The position numbers and the translations under genes were made by a program. A stretch of 63,939 bases of DNA, counting the filler, from Octopus bimaculoides (lineage: Eukaryota): assembly GCF_001194135.2 (NCBI RefSeq). It is 7 parts of 6 records of this genome, joined end to end, with 100 filler letters (N's around TTAATTAATTAA, not from the genome) between each part and the next. Parts side by side here need not be neighbours in the genome. Positions count along the whole stretch, not along the records: positions 17,680 to 47,221 come from NC_068983.1; positions 47,322 to 52,702 come from NC_068985.1; 5 more parts are not named here. The stretch is one strand, 5' to 3'. Positions 35,791 to 47,827 of the stretch are shown piece by piece. The notes beneath the pieces are model-generated. The model was not told the origin of the DNA, did not search any database, and saw only the letters and a list, made by a program, of their open reading frames with translations. Each line of letters starts with the position of its first letter. Position 1 is the first letter of the stretch.

Positions 35791-36269
35791 TAGTTCTCTT
35801 AGGCTCCACTACATTTCAAAACAAAGGAACTTGTAAAAAGCATCCAGATCATTAAATATAAAAAGATTTTGTTTGTTCTTGTGTTTTTATAGCAAAAAAC
35901 CAGTTGAAATACATCTGTGGTTCAACAATCTGGCAGAAAATCAAATGGTCTAGCTGGCTTCTGAAATGGACGGGATGGTTAAAGACTGGAATGGTTAGAT
36001 GAACTAATTAAGGTAGCCAGAATATTTAGTGGAATAATTAAATTAAAACTTAAATAGGCAACATGACAGTATCATTGCTGTCTCTGTATGACCCAACTCA
36101 TGGTGTTGATGATTCTGGGAGGGTCCTTGTGCAAGCTACCTTGCTAAATGCTATCTCAGTTGTTGGGTCAAACAGACATTCTCTATATGCTTACCACTGC
36201 TCATCTCAATAATCCCAGCTATGATTTCCACAACTTTGGCTGCCAAAGGCAGAAATATGCATGTGTAGA

Positions 36270-36336
<67 letters not shown>

Positions 36337-36337
36337 C

Positions 36338-36610
36338 CTAGTGGTTAAGGTGTTACACTCATGATCATGAGCTTATGGTTTCAATTCCTGGAGCAGGTGG
36401 TGCATTGTGCTCTTCAGCAAAACATTTCATCTCTCTGTGATCGTTTCAGCATCTGACCTGTGATAGGCAAAGTCGACTTGATGGAGGAGAGAGTGAACTG
36501 ATGTACAACACATACATTCGATCCCTACAAACAAATCCTTTTTGCTGATCATTCAGCAAAACCTGAACACTCATACGTCCTCTTCAGTAGGAGATTATCA
36601 TTGTTGGCTG
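36338..36610 (+). mobile_element. tRNA-derived SINE family D, decayed
   Basis: CTAGTGGTTAAGGTG A-box-like, GGTTTCAATTCC B-box-like. Confidence 0.55.
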
Positions 36611-36649
36611 TGGGTGTATAAAGTTAAAATCTGTCTCAAGCTTGTAGGC

Positions 36650-36900
36650 TCATTCAGCTGGAGTTTATCTTAGTTCCCAAGGTGTATAAGCAACTGAGAA
36701 TACAAGATGCCCCACTGAATGGGGCACAGTCCATCAGAGTTAACACTGTCCCTCTCACAGCTGTCAGTGATACTGATTCTCAGGTGGGTAAAGTGAAACA
36801 ACATGAAATAAAGTGTATTTCCCAACGATGTAATGCACTGCCTTGCCTAAGAATTAAACCTACAACTTCACAGTCATAAGTAACACTAACCACTAGGTTA
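36650..36900 (-). mobile_element. tRNA-derived SINE, decayed
   Basis: Minus-strand head CCTAGTGGTTAG..GTAGGTTTAATTC and GAAATAAAGTGT remnant. Confidence 0.45.
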
Positions 36901-37494
36901 TCACCTCTACAAGAGATGAGAGCCTCTATAACTTTAGCACATTTATTTTCTCAGGCCAAAGGCTGTGGCCATCTTGACAATAAAAAAAAAGATACTTTAA
37001 GAATCTTGTTTGAAAGTTTTTTTTTTCTCAAAAAATTAACTTTTAATCTGTTATTCTTGAAACATTTTTAAACACACCCAAGAAATTTGATCATTAGCCA
37101 AATCTTTCACACTAAGATAGTCTTTTCTAGAAACTCAAAAGAGAAACACTAAGAATGAAGTGAAGGGGAGACTGGTGCGTCAGATAAAGGAGAGGCCTTT
37201 GCCAGACAAGCAACAGAGTCACAGAGAGCTGTGCATCTGGTAGAGAAGTGTTGCAGTGCTATTGGTGATTGAATATCTACCAATCAATCACATTCTGCAG
37301 GGTCACTCACTCTGAAATAAACTCTTTCACAGATCTAGTCTCTCTGGTATTTCCAGATTTTTCCATTTTCCAACATTCCCCAAGCCCTATTTTTAAATCT
37401 TAACTCTACAACTACAGCTGAACAACACAGTTACCACAGCAACCAAATACACTGAAGCCACGTCTACATTTCAAACTCTGGCAAACCCAAGTTT

Positions 37495-37825
37495 ATCAAT
37501 GGCTGGCCGTTGCCAGTACCGCCTGACTGGCCTTCGTAGGATTTTCGAGCGAGTTTGTTGCCAGTGCCCCTAGACTGGCTCTTGTGCGGGTGGCACATAA
37601 AATACACCATTTTGAGCGTGGCTGTTGCCAGTACCGCCTGACTGGCCTTCGTGCGGGTGACACGTAAAAGCACCCACTACACTCTCTGAGTGGTTGGCAT
37701 TAGGAAGGGCATCCAGCTGTAGAAACTCTGCCAAATTAGATTGGAGCTTGGTGTTGCCATCCGGTTTCACCAGTCCTCAGTCATGCTAGCATGGAAAGTG
37801 GATGTTAAACGATGATGATGATGAT
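37495..37825 (+). mobile_element. RTE LINE 3' UTR fragment
   Basis: Same units and (GAT)n tail as 45660-45955. Confidence 0.85.
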
Positions 37826-37857
37826 TACTTCCAGAAATTTCAACTCTGGTAACAAAT

Positions 37858-38092
37858 TTAACCAATTCATTATTCTTCTAGTTACCATATTTCTGTCGAA
37901 ATACACTGTCTTAATTTCAGTCTTGAAAATAATGAAGAATTTAGTGAAAAATAAAAACCTGTCATTTTTAAGCTGGTATCTGGGGTATAAATGAAGACAG
38001 AATATTTATGTTAGAGTTTAACTGAAATCATTTTTAAGAAATTGTGTCAAAGAACCAGGGCAACTTCAGATGTGTTTCTAACAAAACGGCTA
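37858..38092 (+). mobile_element. Second AT-rich MITE-like family
   Basis: GTTACCATATTTCTG...GAAAATAATGAAGAATTTA shared with 42400-42480; 3' half shared with rc 33331-33460 and 42875-42995. Confidence 0.5.
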
Positions 38093-38097
38093 AAATG

Positions 38098-38420
38098 GCC
38101 AAAAGTACGTGGCTTAATGATTAGGATGTTCAGCTCAAGATCACAAGGCCATAAGTTCAGTACCCAGTGGCATGTTGTGTCCTTGAGCATGGTACCTCGT
38201 TTTACATTGTCCCAGGCCACTCAGCTGGTAAAAATTAAGTTTGTACCAGTAATTCAAAGGGCCAGCCTTGTCACATTCTGTGTCATGCTAAATCTCCCCA
38301 AGAACTATGTTAAGGGTACACGTGTCTGTGAGGTGCTCAGCAACCTGCATGTTAATTTCACAAGTAGGTTGTTCTGTTGATTGGATCAACTGGAATCTTT
38401 GTCACTGTAACCAATGAAGT
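38098..38420 (+). mobile_element. tRNA-derived SINE family D
   Basis: TGGCTTAATGATTAG head; TTGTGTCCTTGAGCA...CCACTCAGCTGGTAAAAAT central domain. Confidence 0.65.
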
Positions 38421-38929
38421 GTCAGTAAAATGGTCAAAAACACCACAATAGTTGGATGTTGATATGTTATTCGTTCTCTCATTCCTTTACCTTGAAATAA
38501 TTTACTGCAAAATACAATATTAGCATATGCGCAAAATTTAGGACTTTCAAGCTTCCTAGCAATGTCCATAAAAATTCCACAGCCCATTTGTGGGACTGTG
38601 TCAACCAAAAACATTCTCCCCATTCAGTCATTTTCTTCATAATCCTTTGAATAATTTCTTGGGAACCTTGTCTATTTGCTTCAGTCGTGTTTTCTTTTCT
38701 AACCTGTTTTTCTTCATTCTGGTTTGTGCAAATATTCTTGCCTATCGCCATTATTCATATTTTGCCTTCTTTCTTGAGTCACAAGTCTCATTCTTTCCCT
38801 ATCAGATTCAGCTTCATCATTTGTCATATGACTCTCTAACACACACTTTTCCTTTCCCGTGACAGGTTCTTTTTACAACACAGGAATCTATCATCAGCAC
38901 TTTGACAATTTTGTGTTCATATTTCACCA

Positions 38930-39117
38930 ACGAATGTAATGCTTATTTATTCACATTACTTTGAATTAATAATACATTGTCTTGTAACTTCAAAATTTCA
39001 GTGATATGATTATTTATTTTTGGAATAACATTGTAGGGTAGGTGTGAGAGGTCAGATCTGGCTGGTTTCAACATTAAATAGCTAGAATATGACCAGTTTA
39101 AATGCTAAAGGGTTCAC
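38930..39117 (+). mobile_element. TTAA-ended MITE, 5'-truncated
   Basis: Colinear with 44280-44482, ends AATGCTAAAGGGTTCA. Confidence 0.75.
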
Positions 39118-39339
39118 ATAATAATTGCTGATTGACACCTAATTTGAGGCTTAATACTTTGACCTATTAAAAGAAACATTAAAAAAAAAAGATAAATCAA
39201 TTATAGACAGCTTTTACACAATATTGTCATGGATTAAAGAAGCTACATAGATAATTATTACGATTTCCTAATGCAAATCGCTCCAAGATTACTGTAGATG
39301 CATTTTACATGCTACCAGTATGGGTGTCAGTTATGAAAC

Positions 39340-39720
39340 ACTGGCACCGGCCACGACTATGATCTCACTTGGCTTGGCAGGTCTTAACCATGGTATATTG
39401 CCAAAGGTCTTGGTCACTTGTCACTACCTCCATGAGGCCCAAAGTTCAAAGGCTGCTTTTTATGTGCCATATATGCAACACCGGCATCAGTCACAGCTAC
39501 AATTTCATTTGGCTTGATGGGTCTTCTCAAGCATAGCATATCACCCAACGTTTGAAGGATGCTTTTTATGTACCACTGGCACAAGTGCCAGTTACACAAC
39601 ACTGGCATCAGCCACAACTGTGATTTCACTTGACCAGTCTTCTCAAGCATGGCAAAGGTCTTGGTAACAAGTCATTACCTCCATAAGGCCCCAACATTTG
39701 AAGATCATACTTCATCACTT
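39340..39720 (-). mobile_element. RTE ORF-end/3' UTR junction, three partial tandem copies
   Basis: GGCA(T/C)C(A/G)G(T/C)CAC..CT..GAT(C/T)TCA..TG unit at about 39345, 39482 and 39603. Confidence 0.6.
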
Positions 39721-39869
39721 TGTCCATAGCAGAAACATAATTCATTTTGTTGTATGATAAATTATTTTACATGTCTGCATCAGTGTATATGTTATAAATC
39801 ACATACTACTATTATTGTACATTTTACAAGCTAATACAGGTGTAGACAGTTAGTTCATCAGATCTATAG

Positions 39870-41255
39870 AATATCACAGTTACATCCATTCTTCTTCAAC
39901 TTCAATATACAAAAAGTATGGAGAGACAACCTTGAAGAGCTGCTTAATCAAGACACCACTGTTGACAGTGACATTCTAGATTTCATCCCAACACGATTCC
40001 TAAAGGAAGTTACCAACACTCTTGCTGAAATGAAAGAAACCATTGTCATCCTAAAGAACAAGGCTGCTGGGCCGGACAGGATCCCTGCTGAGATTTACAA
40101 AATTAGCAGCAGCCGACTCCATGGCCAAATACACCAACACCTCATCAAGATTTGGACCAATGAAGAGATACCATCTGACTTCAGAGATTCAGCCACTGTG
40201 AAGAAGAAGGGAGAACAATCTGAATGTGGAGATTACAGGGGAATCTCCATGCTTGGATTATGAACAACTGCTTAAAACTATTAGTTGAGGAAATTCTTCT
40301 GGAGACTCAAGCAGGTATTAGATCATCCCAGGGAACCATTGGTATGATCTTCACCTCGTGTTAACTCAGAAAAGTGCCATGAATAGTATCAACCGCTGTA
40401 GATGGCCTTCAATGATCTGACCAAGGCATTCGATTCTGTAAAAAGAACTTCTGTGGGACATTCTCTCCATCTATGGATGCCCTCCTAAGTACATCTGCAT
40501 TCTAAGATTCCTCCATCATGACATGTTTGTGACTGTCCTGGTCAAAAAAGGAACATCTGATCATTTCCAAGTAAAAATGTGAGTAAAATAGGGATGTGTT
40601 CGTCATCTTCATCGCTACCACCCTGCACATCATTAAAGAAGATCTTCTATCAGGTATCAAAATCATTTATTGAACCTAAAGGAAATTGTTCAACCTTGCC
40701 AGTCTCAAGTCCAAAACTAAAATATCAGCCTCTTGAAATCAGCCAAAACAACAAGTAACGAGGCTCACATCATCGAAAGTCAACTGAGGCAGAGTGGGCA
40801 TGTTGTTGGAATGTCTGATGACTGATCCCTGAAACAGATCAATTCTCAGCTGAAAGAAGGAAACAGGAAGAAGGGAGAACAGAAGAAGGGCTACAGGGAT
40901 CTGTTGAAGGCCAACATGAAAAATTGTAACAGACTTCAACAACTGGGAAGAAAATGCAAATGATCCAAACTTCTGGAGATCCCTCATCCGTGAAGGAACA
41001 ACTACATTCGAGACAAACAAATGTGAAGAACTAAAAGAAGAGCAAAGAAAGAGCAATAAGGTACAACTGCAACCCAGACCAGATCTCCACCCCGACCGAG
41101 GAACAACCTGCCCAGTAATGCGGAAAATGCTTCAAAGCCCAAATTGGACTCATTGGCCATCTTAGAGTGCATCAACAAACCAACATGGACGAGAAAGAAA
41201 ACTATCATCCCTGAAGAAAGACGGATAACCATGATGACAACAACAACAACGACAA
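39870..41255 (+). mobile_element. Old RTE (BovB-like) LINE with a large internal deletion
   Basis: KAAGPDRIPAEIYK; KKKGEQSECGDYRGISML; DLTKAFDSV; C-terminal CGKCFKAQIGLIGHLRVH; (CAA)n tail. Confidence 0.85.
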
Positions 41256-41569
41256 AAAGTCATTTTTGAAATATTATTGATTGGGTTTACTGGGTTTCAG
41301 CTGCATAGGGGCACTAGGCATTACACCATCCCAGGGAACCATTGATATCACTATGCATTACACCCTTGTGTTTTGGTTTAGAGCCTCATTCACGAAAGGA
41401 GCTTTTTTGTGAGTATCACCAAATTAGATAAATCCACATATTGCTTGTTAAACACAGACACACACACAGAGGTGAGCACATAAGTGCAAAACAAGGTGGA
41501 AAAAATAGTACTCAAATACTAAAGGTAAAGTAATATGCTTTTATTAAAGCTGCAAAATTATCACAAAAA

Positions 41570-41603
41570 CTGTTACTCAGAGTTTCATGCTCCCATTCGT
41601 CAG
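41570..41603 (-). ncRNA. Hammerhead-like motif of a third family, stem I lost
   Basis: CTGACGA ATG-GGAG-CAT GAAA CTC-T-GAG TA: intact core, stems II and III pair. Confidence 0.5.
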
Positions 41604-42486
41604 TTGTGATAAAAACTAAATTAAAGTTGTGACGGTACATATAATATAGTGTGATGTGTACATGAATAAGCTGAGAAAATCAACCACCCAATCAAATATA
41701 GAGAGAGAGAGAGAGAGGTGGGGGGTGATGAATGAAAGTGGACAGCAGGCCAAAGAGATATAAAATATTTACAATGTTCCAAGCTTTAACATTTTGCCAG
41801 TAAAACAACCAGAACCATCTACAGGCAGAAATAATTTAACGATAATCAATCAATCTGACATACTTTCAAATGGACACTTTTAAGGAAATCTAAAAGTTTT
41901 GCTGTAAATTAAATTGTGCAATTATTAGGCATACAAAGTTCAATTACTTTTCTTATGTAATTCTATTAGCTTTTTTAAAAATTTTTTCCAATCAAAACTG
42001 ACATAATTTTGTGTTGATAGGTATTTTTAAAACCCCTTTAGGTAAATAATATTAAGAATTAAAATATTATCACCAAGTACTCATTAAAATCTTATCAAGT
42101 AAATAATGGTCAATCTGAAGTAGTTTATAGAATTGGTCGAAGAGAGACATCTAGAATGACAAAAGAAGTGACTAAAAAAACAAGTTTTCATTAGGTACAA
42201 GAATTGAGTGCAGAAACAAATATTAAAATAAAGCATCTAATTTTATTCATTGTATCATTTGTGCTAAGTCAACCATGCTGATAGGATGATCATTCTTAAT
42301 AATTTAACTCGTATCATACAACATAAAGAAGTCTACCATATTGGACATCAGCCCATTCACTCGCACTTACTGTGAAAGCTGTTCTAATATTTTTGTTAGC
42401 ATAATTTCTGTTAAAGTTCACTGCTGTTGTTTCAATCAAGCCAGAAAATAATGAAGAATTTACTAAAATAACATTTTACAATCACA

Positions 42487-42850
42487 GGCATGGCTGGGTA
42501 GTAAGGAATTTACTTCCCAATTACATGGCTTGAGGTTCAGTCCCAATGTATGGGAGACTGGGGAAGTGCCATCGGTTATAGACCTGGGCCAACCAAAGTC
42601 TTGTGAGTGGATTTGGTAGATAGAAACTGAAAGAAACTGTATAAGTGTGTGTGTGTGTGTGTGTGTGTGTGAGTCAGTCTCCTTGATTTCACATGATATT
42701 AGTAAACAAGTGTCACCATCATGCAAAGAATGCCCAGTTCCAATCTTTCGTAAATACCCTTGCTTAGAAATGGAAAAAGGTTGGTGTTAGGAAGGGTATC
42801 TGGCCAGAAATATGTAAGCTTCAATAAATTCCATCCTACCCATAAGAACG
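42487..42850 (+). mobile_element. SINE family B variant with an RTE-like tail
   Basis: GGCATGGCTG head, GTGAGTGGATTTGGTAGATAGAAACTGAAAGAA, GTTGGTGTTAGGAAGGG. Confidence 0.7.
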
Positions 42851-43171
42851 ATGAACCTTCCTTTTTGATGATGAAGCTAGTCTTTGGAATATAACATGAA
42901 CTTTTGATGGAAGGTTTTAATTTTGATCAGTTTAAACAGGGAGCTTGAATCTTAGGACCAGGAACAGTCTCAAGTAGTTGGTATCAAAAGAGTAAAGACT
43001 AATACAACACCCCTCGGAATAGTATATGGTCCTGCCCCTGAACAACACCTACCTGAGATTACTGATAAATACGAGCAATAAAAAAAATTGTTCTCCATTT
43101 ATGAGATGACTAACAAGACAGGGACAATTATTATAATTTGGTGAAAGCTGCTCTCTCTCTCTTTCTCTCTC

Positions 43172-43239
<68 letters not shown>

Positions 43240-44252
43240 AACTCTAAGGTCTTACCATCTAAAAAATTATGCTCTATGGAAATAACTGGGTTCTAATTAA
43301 TATTAGTTTCGTTGGGTTGTCCTAAGGAGACGGGTAAAGATTATTGCACTGCTTCAGTGTATTACTAATACATGCTCAGATAAAGAGGAAATTTAATCCA
43401 GCAGCATCTGGACAGAATATCATCATTTAACCATCCATGCTGGCATAGATCAGATGAGTCGACAGGATCTAATGTTTTCCAAAGAGTGCATCATACTCCT
43501 GTGACTGCTTTCACCTGGTTTCTACACCTGGATGTTCTTCCTAACACCAGTCACTTTATACAGTATAGTGGGTGCCTTCTTTTTTCATGCCACCAGCACT
43601 AGTGAGGTCACCGTGTCCTTTGCAAGACTCAGAACGAGAGGAGGATGGCTTTATGTTAGCAAATGAGGAGATAAGAGAAATGGCCTGAGCAGGTCAGATT
43701 TTTTGTTTCTGGGGTGTAGAGGAGCTCCAGGACTACTTACAATAAAGAAGAGTGTGGAGCTGATTGAGCAGGGCAGGGAAGAGATAAGAGTTGTGGCGAG
43801 GAAGGATCTGTGATGATCCTCAAGAGTGGTGGGGTTGGGGTGGGGTTGGGGTGGAATCAAGGAAGTAGGAATGGGGGGGGGATGGAGGTTGCAAGAATGT
43901 ATGGGGAATGGGTGAGAGAAGGGGTGGTAAGAGATGCCTGTAAAGATATGGTAAGGTTGAAGGGTGGTGTAGTGAAAGGGGTGGGGATAACCAATGATGC
44001 AGAAGATTGGGTGCGTAAGAGATGGCTGACAGTGTAGGGGGAGAAAAGTAATGATGATATAGTAGACAGGGGATGAACAAAGGGAAAATTAGATGTGGTT
44101 GAAAGAGAGAGAAAAGAGGGAGGCACAGAGCATGAAGAGAGTGAGAGAGTAATGTAGTGAGAGAGGGTGAGAGGGAGAATATGCATCTATAAAACTAAAC
44201 ACTGTTAGATATTTAATCTGGTGCTTAATGGGTTTTTACCAAATCCATTACC

Positions 44253-44482
44253 TTAACCTATTAGCATTCAGATTATCCTGTCAAATTTAATCTTTATTTA
44301 TTCACATTGTTTTGAATGAATCATGTATTATCTTGTAGCTTTCAGGTTTTGATAATGTGGTTGTTTATTTTTAGAATAACATTGAAGAGTAGGTTTGAGA
44401 GGTCTGATCTGGTCAGTTTCAACATAAAACAGGTAGAATAATTTTTGGTTGGGTTTGGTTGGTTTGAATACTAAAGGGTCAA
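44253..44482 (+). mobile_element. TTAA-ended MITE, full copy (piggyBac-like ends)
   Basis: Imperfect terminal inverted repeats TTAACCTATTAGCATTCA ... TGAATACTAAAGGGTCAA; three copies in the window. Confidence 0.7.
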
Positions 44483-44600
44483 CTTGTGTTAATATTAACA
44501 AAATAAAATTAAAAAACACCGAGTACACTGAAATTATAGATATTTAGTCAATGTAAGAGCATCAGAATATTTAATTCTATGTAGTGATTTCAAATCTTAC

Positions 44601-44656
44601 TAGTGTTGACAAAAATCCCCCACAGTACAACATGAGAGTGTAAAGTATAACTTTCC
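44601..44656 (-). CDS. Candidate 56-nt exon, frame unresolved
   Basis: TTTTCATTAG acceptor, GTAAGA donor, all three frames open; may belong to the 28653-23015 gene. Confidence 0.3.
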
Positions 44657-45079
44657 CTAATGAAAATCTGGCTTTGAAAGAAATCAATGAAATGAATAGA
44701 TGGACAGCTACACTGACTTCTTATCTAAGCCGTAAATAAAGTAATGATAGCAAATCGACAAGCAACTATTTTTTGCTTATATCAGCTCCAGATGGTTTTG
44801 TTTCCACAGATGAATCATAACGACAGTAGTTGCAGACATAATTTTATGAAAGATTATTTGCCAACAGATAAAATAAACTTTAATAGCTTAGATAATTGAA
44901 AGGATAAAAGGCTTAGATAATTGAAAGGAGGTACACAAAGTAGTAGAGGGGACCCTCTAGTTTTGTTGAAGACAACTTCCCTAATAGTAGAGGGGAGTGA
45001 TAAAATGCCATACAGTTCATCAGTGGATTTATATGTAAGCCTAGGGTCTCAAACTTCAAAGGGCCTCTAGCCAAGGTAG

Positions 45080-45430
45080 GTAGATAGGTAGACAGATAAG
45101 TAGATAGACAAATAGACAGACAGACAGATAATCAGACAGACAGATAGACAGACAGACAGAAACGTTTCTTTATTAGCCACACAGGGCTAAACACAGAGGG
45201 GACAAAATACAATGTAGAGCTTTTCTTTTGAAGAAAGAAAAAGGAGAAAAATAAAATTTCGATTAAAAGGGATCATGAAAAAAAAAAATAGCGAGATAGA
45301 TAGACAGGCAGACAGACAGGCAGACAGGCAGACAGATAGACAGACAGACAGACAGGCAGGCAGGCAGGCAGACAGACAGACAGACAGGCAGACAGATAGA
45401 CAGACAGACAGGCAGGCAGACAGACAGACT
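45080..45430. repeat. (CAGA)/(TAGA)/(CAGG) tetranucleotide arrays with an embedded SINE tail
   Basis: Direct reading. Confidence 0.85.
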
Positions 45431-45659
45431 GATTCTCACTTCAGTACTGAGTATGTAGATTTTCACATTTTCTCAAGAATCAAATGTTTCAAAGAAATAT
45501 ACAATTTCATCATAGAATTTTCTTAATGACTGTGGAATTTCCATGGGCACTGCTAATTAATGATAATAATGACCAACAAAAGAAACAACTAATTTTATAA
45601 TTCAACTTTCTCTTTACAAATGTATCAAAATCCGTTTATACACACACACACACACACGC

Positions 45660-45955
45660 GCGCGCGACTGGCCTTGTAGGGTTTTCGAGCGAGATCGTTG
45701 CCAGTGCCCCTGGGCTGGCTCTTGTGCGGGTGGCACATAAAAGACACCATTTCGAGCGTGGCCGTTTTCGTGCGGCTGACACGTAAAAGCACCCACTACA
45801 CTCTGAGTGGTTGGCATTAGGAAGGGCATCCAGCTGTAGAAACTCTGCCAAATTAGACTGGAGCCTGGTGTAGCCATCCGGTTGCACCAGTCCTCAGTCA
45901 AATCGTCCAACCCATGCTAGCATGGAAAGCGGACGTTAAACGATGATGATGATGA
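45660..45955 (+). mobile_element. RTE LINE 3' UTR fragment, young-looking
   Basis: ...CCCATGCTAGCATGGAAAGCGGACGTTAAACGATGATGATGATGAT. Confidence 0.9.
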
Positions 45956-45989
45956 TATATGCACACACATATATATGCAAGCACGCACA

Positions 45990-47050
45990 CACACCATCAT
46001 CATCATTGTTTAAATGTCCGCTTTCCATGCTAGCATGGGTTGGACGGTTTGACTGTGGACTGGCAAGCCAGTGGGCTGCACCATGCTCCAATCTGATCTG
46101 GCAAGGTTTCTACAGCTGGATGCCCTTCCTAACACCAACCACTCTGGGAGTGTAGTGGGTGCTTTTTACTTACCACTGACACAGGAGCCAGTCTGGGGGT
46201 ACTGGTATCAACCACATTCAGATGGTGCTTTTTACGTACAATCAGCACAGGCACCAGTCAGGGGACACTGGCATAGAACACATTCGCATGGTATTTTTTA
46301 CATGCCACCAGCATGGAGAGATGGTCAGGTGGCACTAGCATTGACCCACGTTTGAATGGTGCTCATTACATGCCACCAGCATGGATGCCAGTCAAGCAGC
46401 ACTGGTCACAACTACAATTTCGGTTTCACTAGACTCAACAGGTTTTCTGAAACACATCACATTGCCCGATGACTCAAGCGTACTTTTAAATGAGCTGCTT
46501 ATGCAACACTGGCATTGGCCACGGCTGCGATCTCACTTTACTTGCCCGGTCTTCTCAAACACGGCATATCTCCAAAGGTCTCAGTCTCTTGTGATTGCCT
46601 CTGTAAGACCCAATGTTTGAAGGTTTTGCTTCCCCCCATGTCTTACTGGGTCTACCTCTTCCACAGGTTCCTTCCACTGTTAAGTGTGTGACACTTCTTT
46701 ACACAGCTGTCCTCATCCATATGCAACACATGACCATATAAGCTCAGTCATCTCTTCTGCACACCACAGCTCGTGCATCTTATGTCTAACTTTTCTCTCA
46801 GAGCATTTACACTCTGTTGTGTATGCACACTAGCATTACACATCCAACGGATCATATGAGTTTATTTCTTTGAAGCCAACGCATATCCTCAGCAATCACA
46901 GCCCATGTTTCACTGCCGTGTAGCATGGCAGTTCACACACATGCATCATATAATCTACCTTTCACTCTGAGTGAGAGGCCCTTAGTTGTCAACAGAGGTA
47001 GGAGCTTTCTGAACTTTGCCCAGGCTATTCTTATTAGCCTGGGCAAAGTT
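45990..47050 (-). mobile_element. RTE LINE, 5'-truncated, with a fold-back at the 5' junction
   Basis: Colinear with 23660-24680 (AWAKFRKLLPLL..LSLRVKGRLYDACV). Confidence 0.85.
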
Positions 47051-47221
47051 ATATTATATACACCACAAGGGTATTTAAAACAACACACTCACTCAGAGAG
47101 AGACACACACACACTCACGTACACACACACACTCCCACACTCACAAAAAACACTCCCACGCACACACACAGACGCACACATACATACACACACAGACGCA
47201 CACATATGTACACACCCTCAC

Positions 47222-47321
47222 NNNNNNNNNNNNNNNNNNNNNNNNNNNNNNNNNNNNNNNNNNNNTTAATTAATTAANNNNNNNNNNNNNNNNNNNNNNN
47301 NNNNNNNNNNNNNNNNNNNNN
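47222..47321. other. Artificial contig-joining linker
   Basis: 44N-TTAATTAATTAA-44N. Confidence 0.95.
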
Positions 47322-47368
<47 letters not shown>

Positions 47369-47602
47369 CATAGTTGTACGCTTCCACTCTTACGACTGTA
47401 AAACATTGAGAAGTAGTTTCTTCCACAGAATATAATATACACAGAAAGTATATGTATTAGCATATGTATGTATGTATGTATAAGAACCAGCCCCCATTTA
47501 CAGAAAATACAACACATTATATTATTCAGATAATTATTAGCTTTTGATATTTTATTTTATTATTTATTTACTTCATCTAGTTCCCACAGTCCTCTTAGTC
47601 TT

Positions 47603-47827
47603 TCAGTTCTCACTAGTACACGTATTTTCCTTTCTTGAATCTGTTTTTGAAACAAAGCGAATATTAATTGGAATTTGGGATGTAAGAAGAATAAATGATG
47701 CATAAATAATGTTTAGCATTATGATTATTAACTTACAGAAATTCTGATTGAAAGCAATGATGTATTTCGGAACTGTAATCCTACTAAAGTCTACACTAAT
47801 ATGGAAGTAAGAAAATGACAATGGCGT
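47603..47827 (-). CDS. Candidate last two exons (47827-47737 and 47640-47603): TPLSFSYFHISVDFSRITVPKYIIAFNQNF-YSRKENTCTSEN*
   Basis: TGTCTTTCTTGCAG acceptor, GTAAGT donor, 96-nt intron, phase-compatible; no family recognised. Confidence 0.35.
   Translation of the reverse strand, partial: TPLSFSYFHISVDFSRITVPKYIIAFNQNFCKLIIIMLNIIYASFILLTSQIPINIRFVSKTDSRKENTCTSEN

Noticed and set aside
38402-38862. Helitron-like N-terminal peptide
   Set aside because: Only vague compositional resemblance; no Rep or helicase motifs
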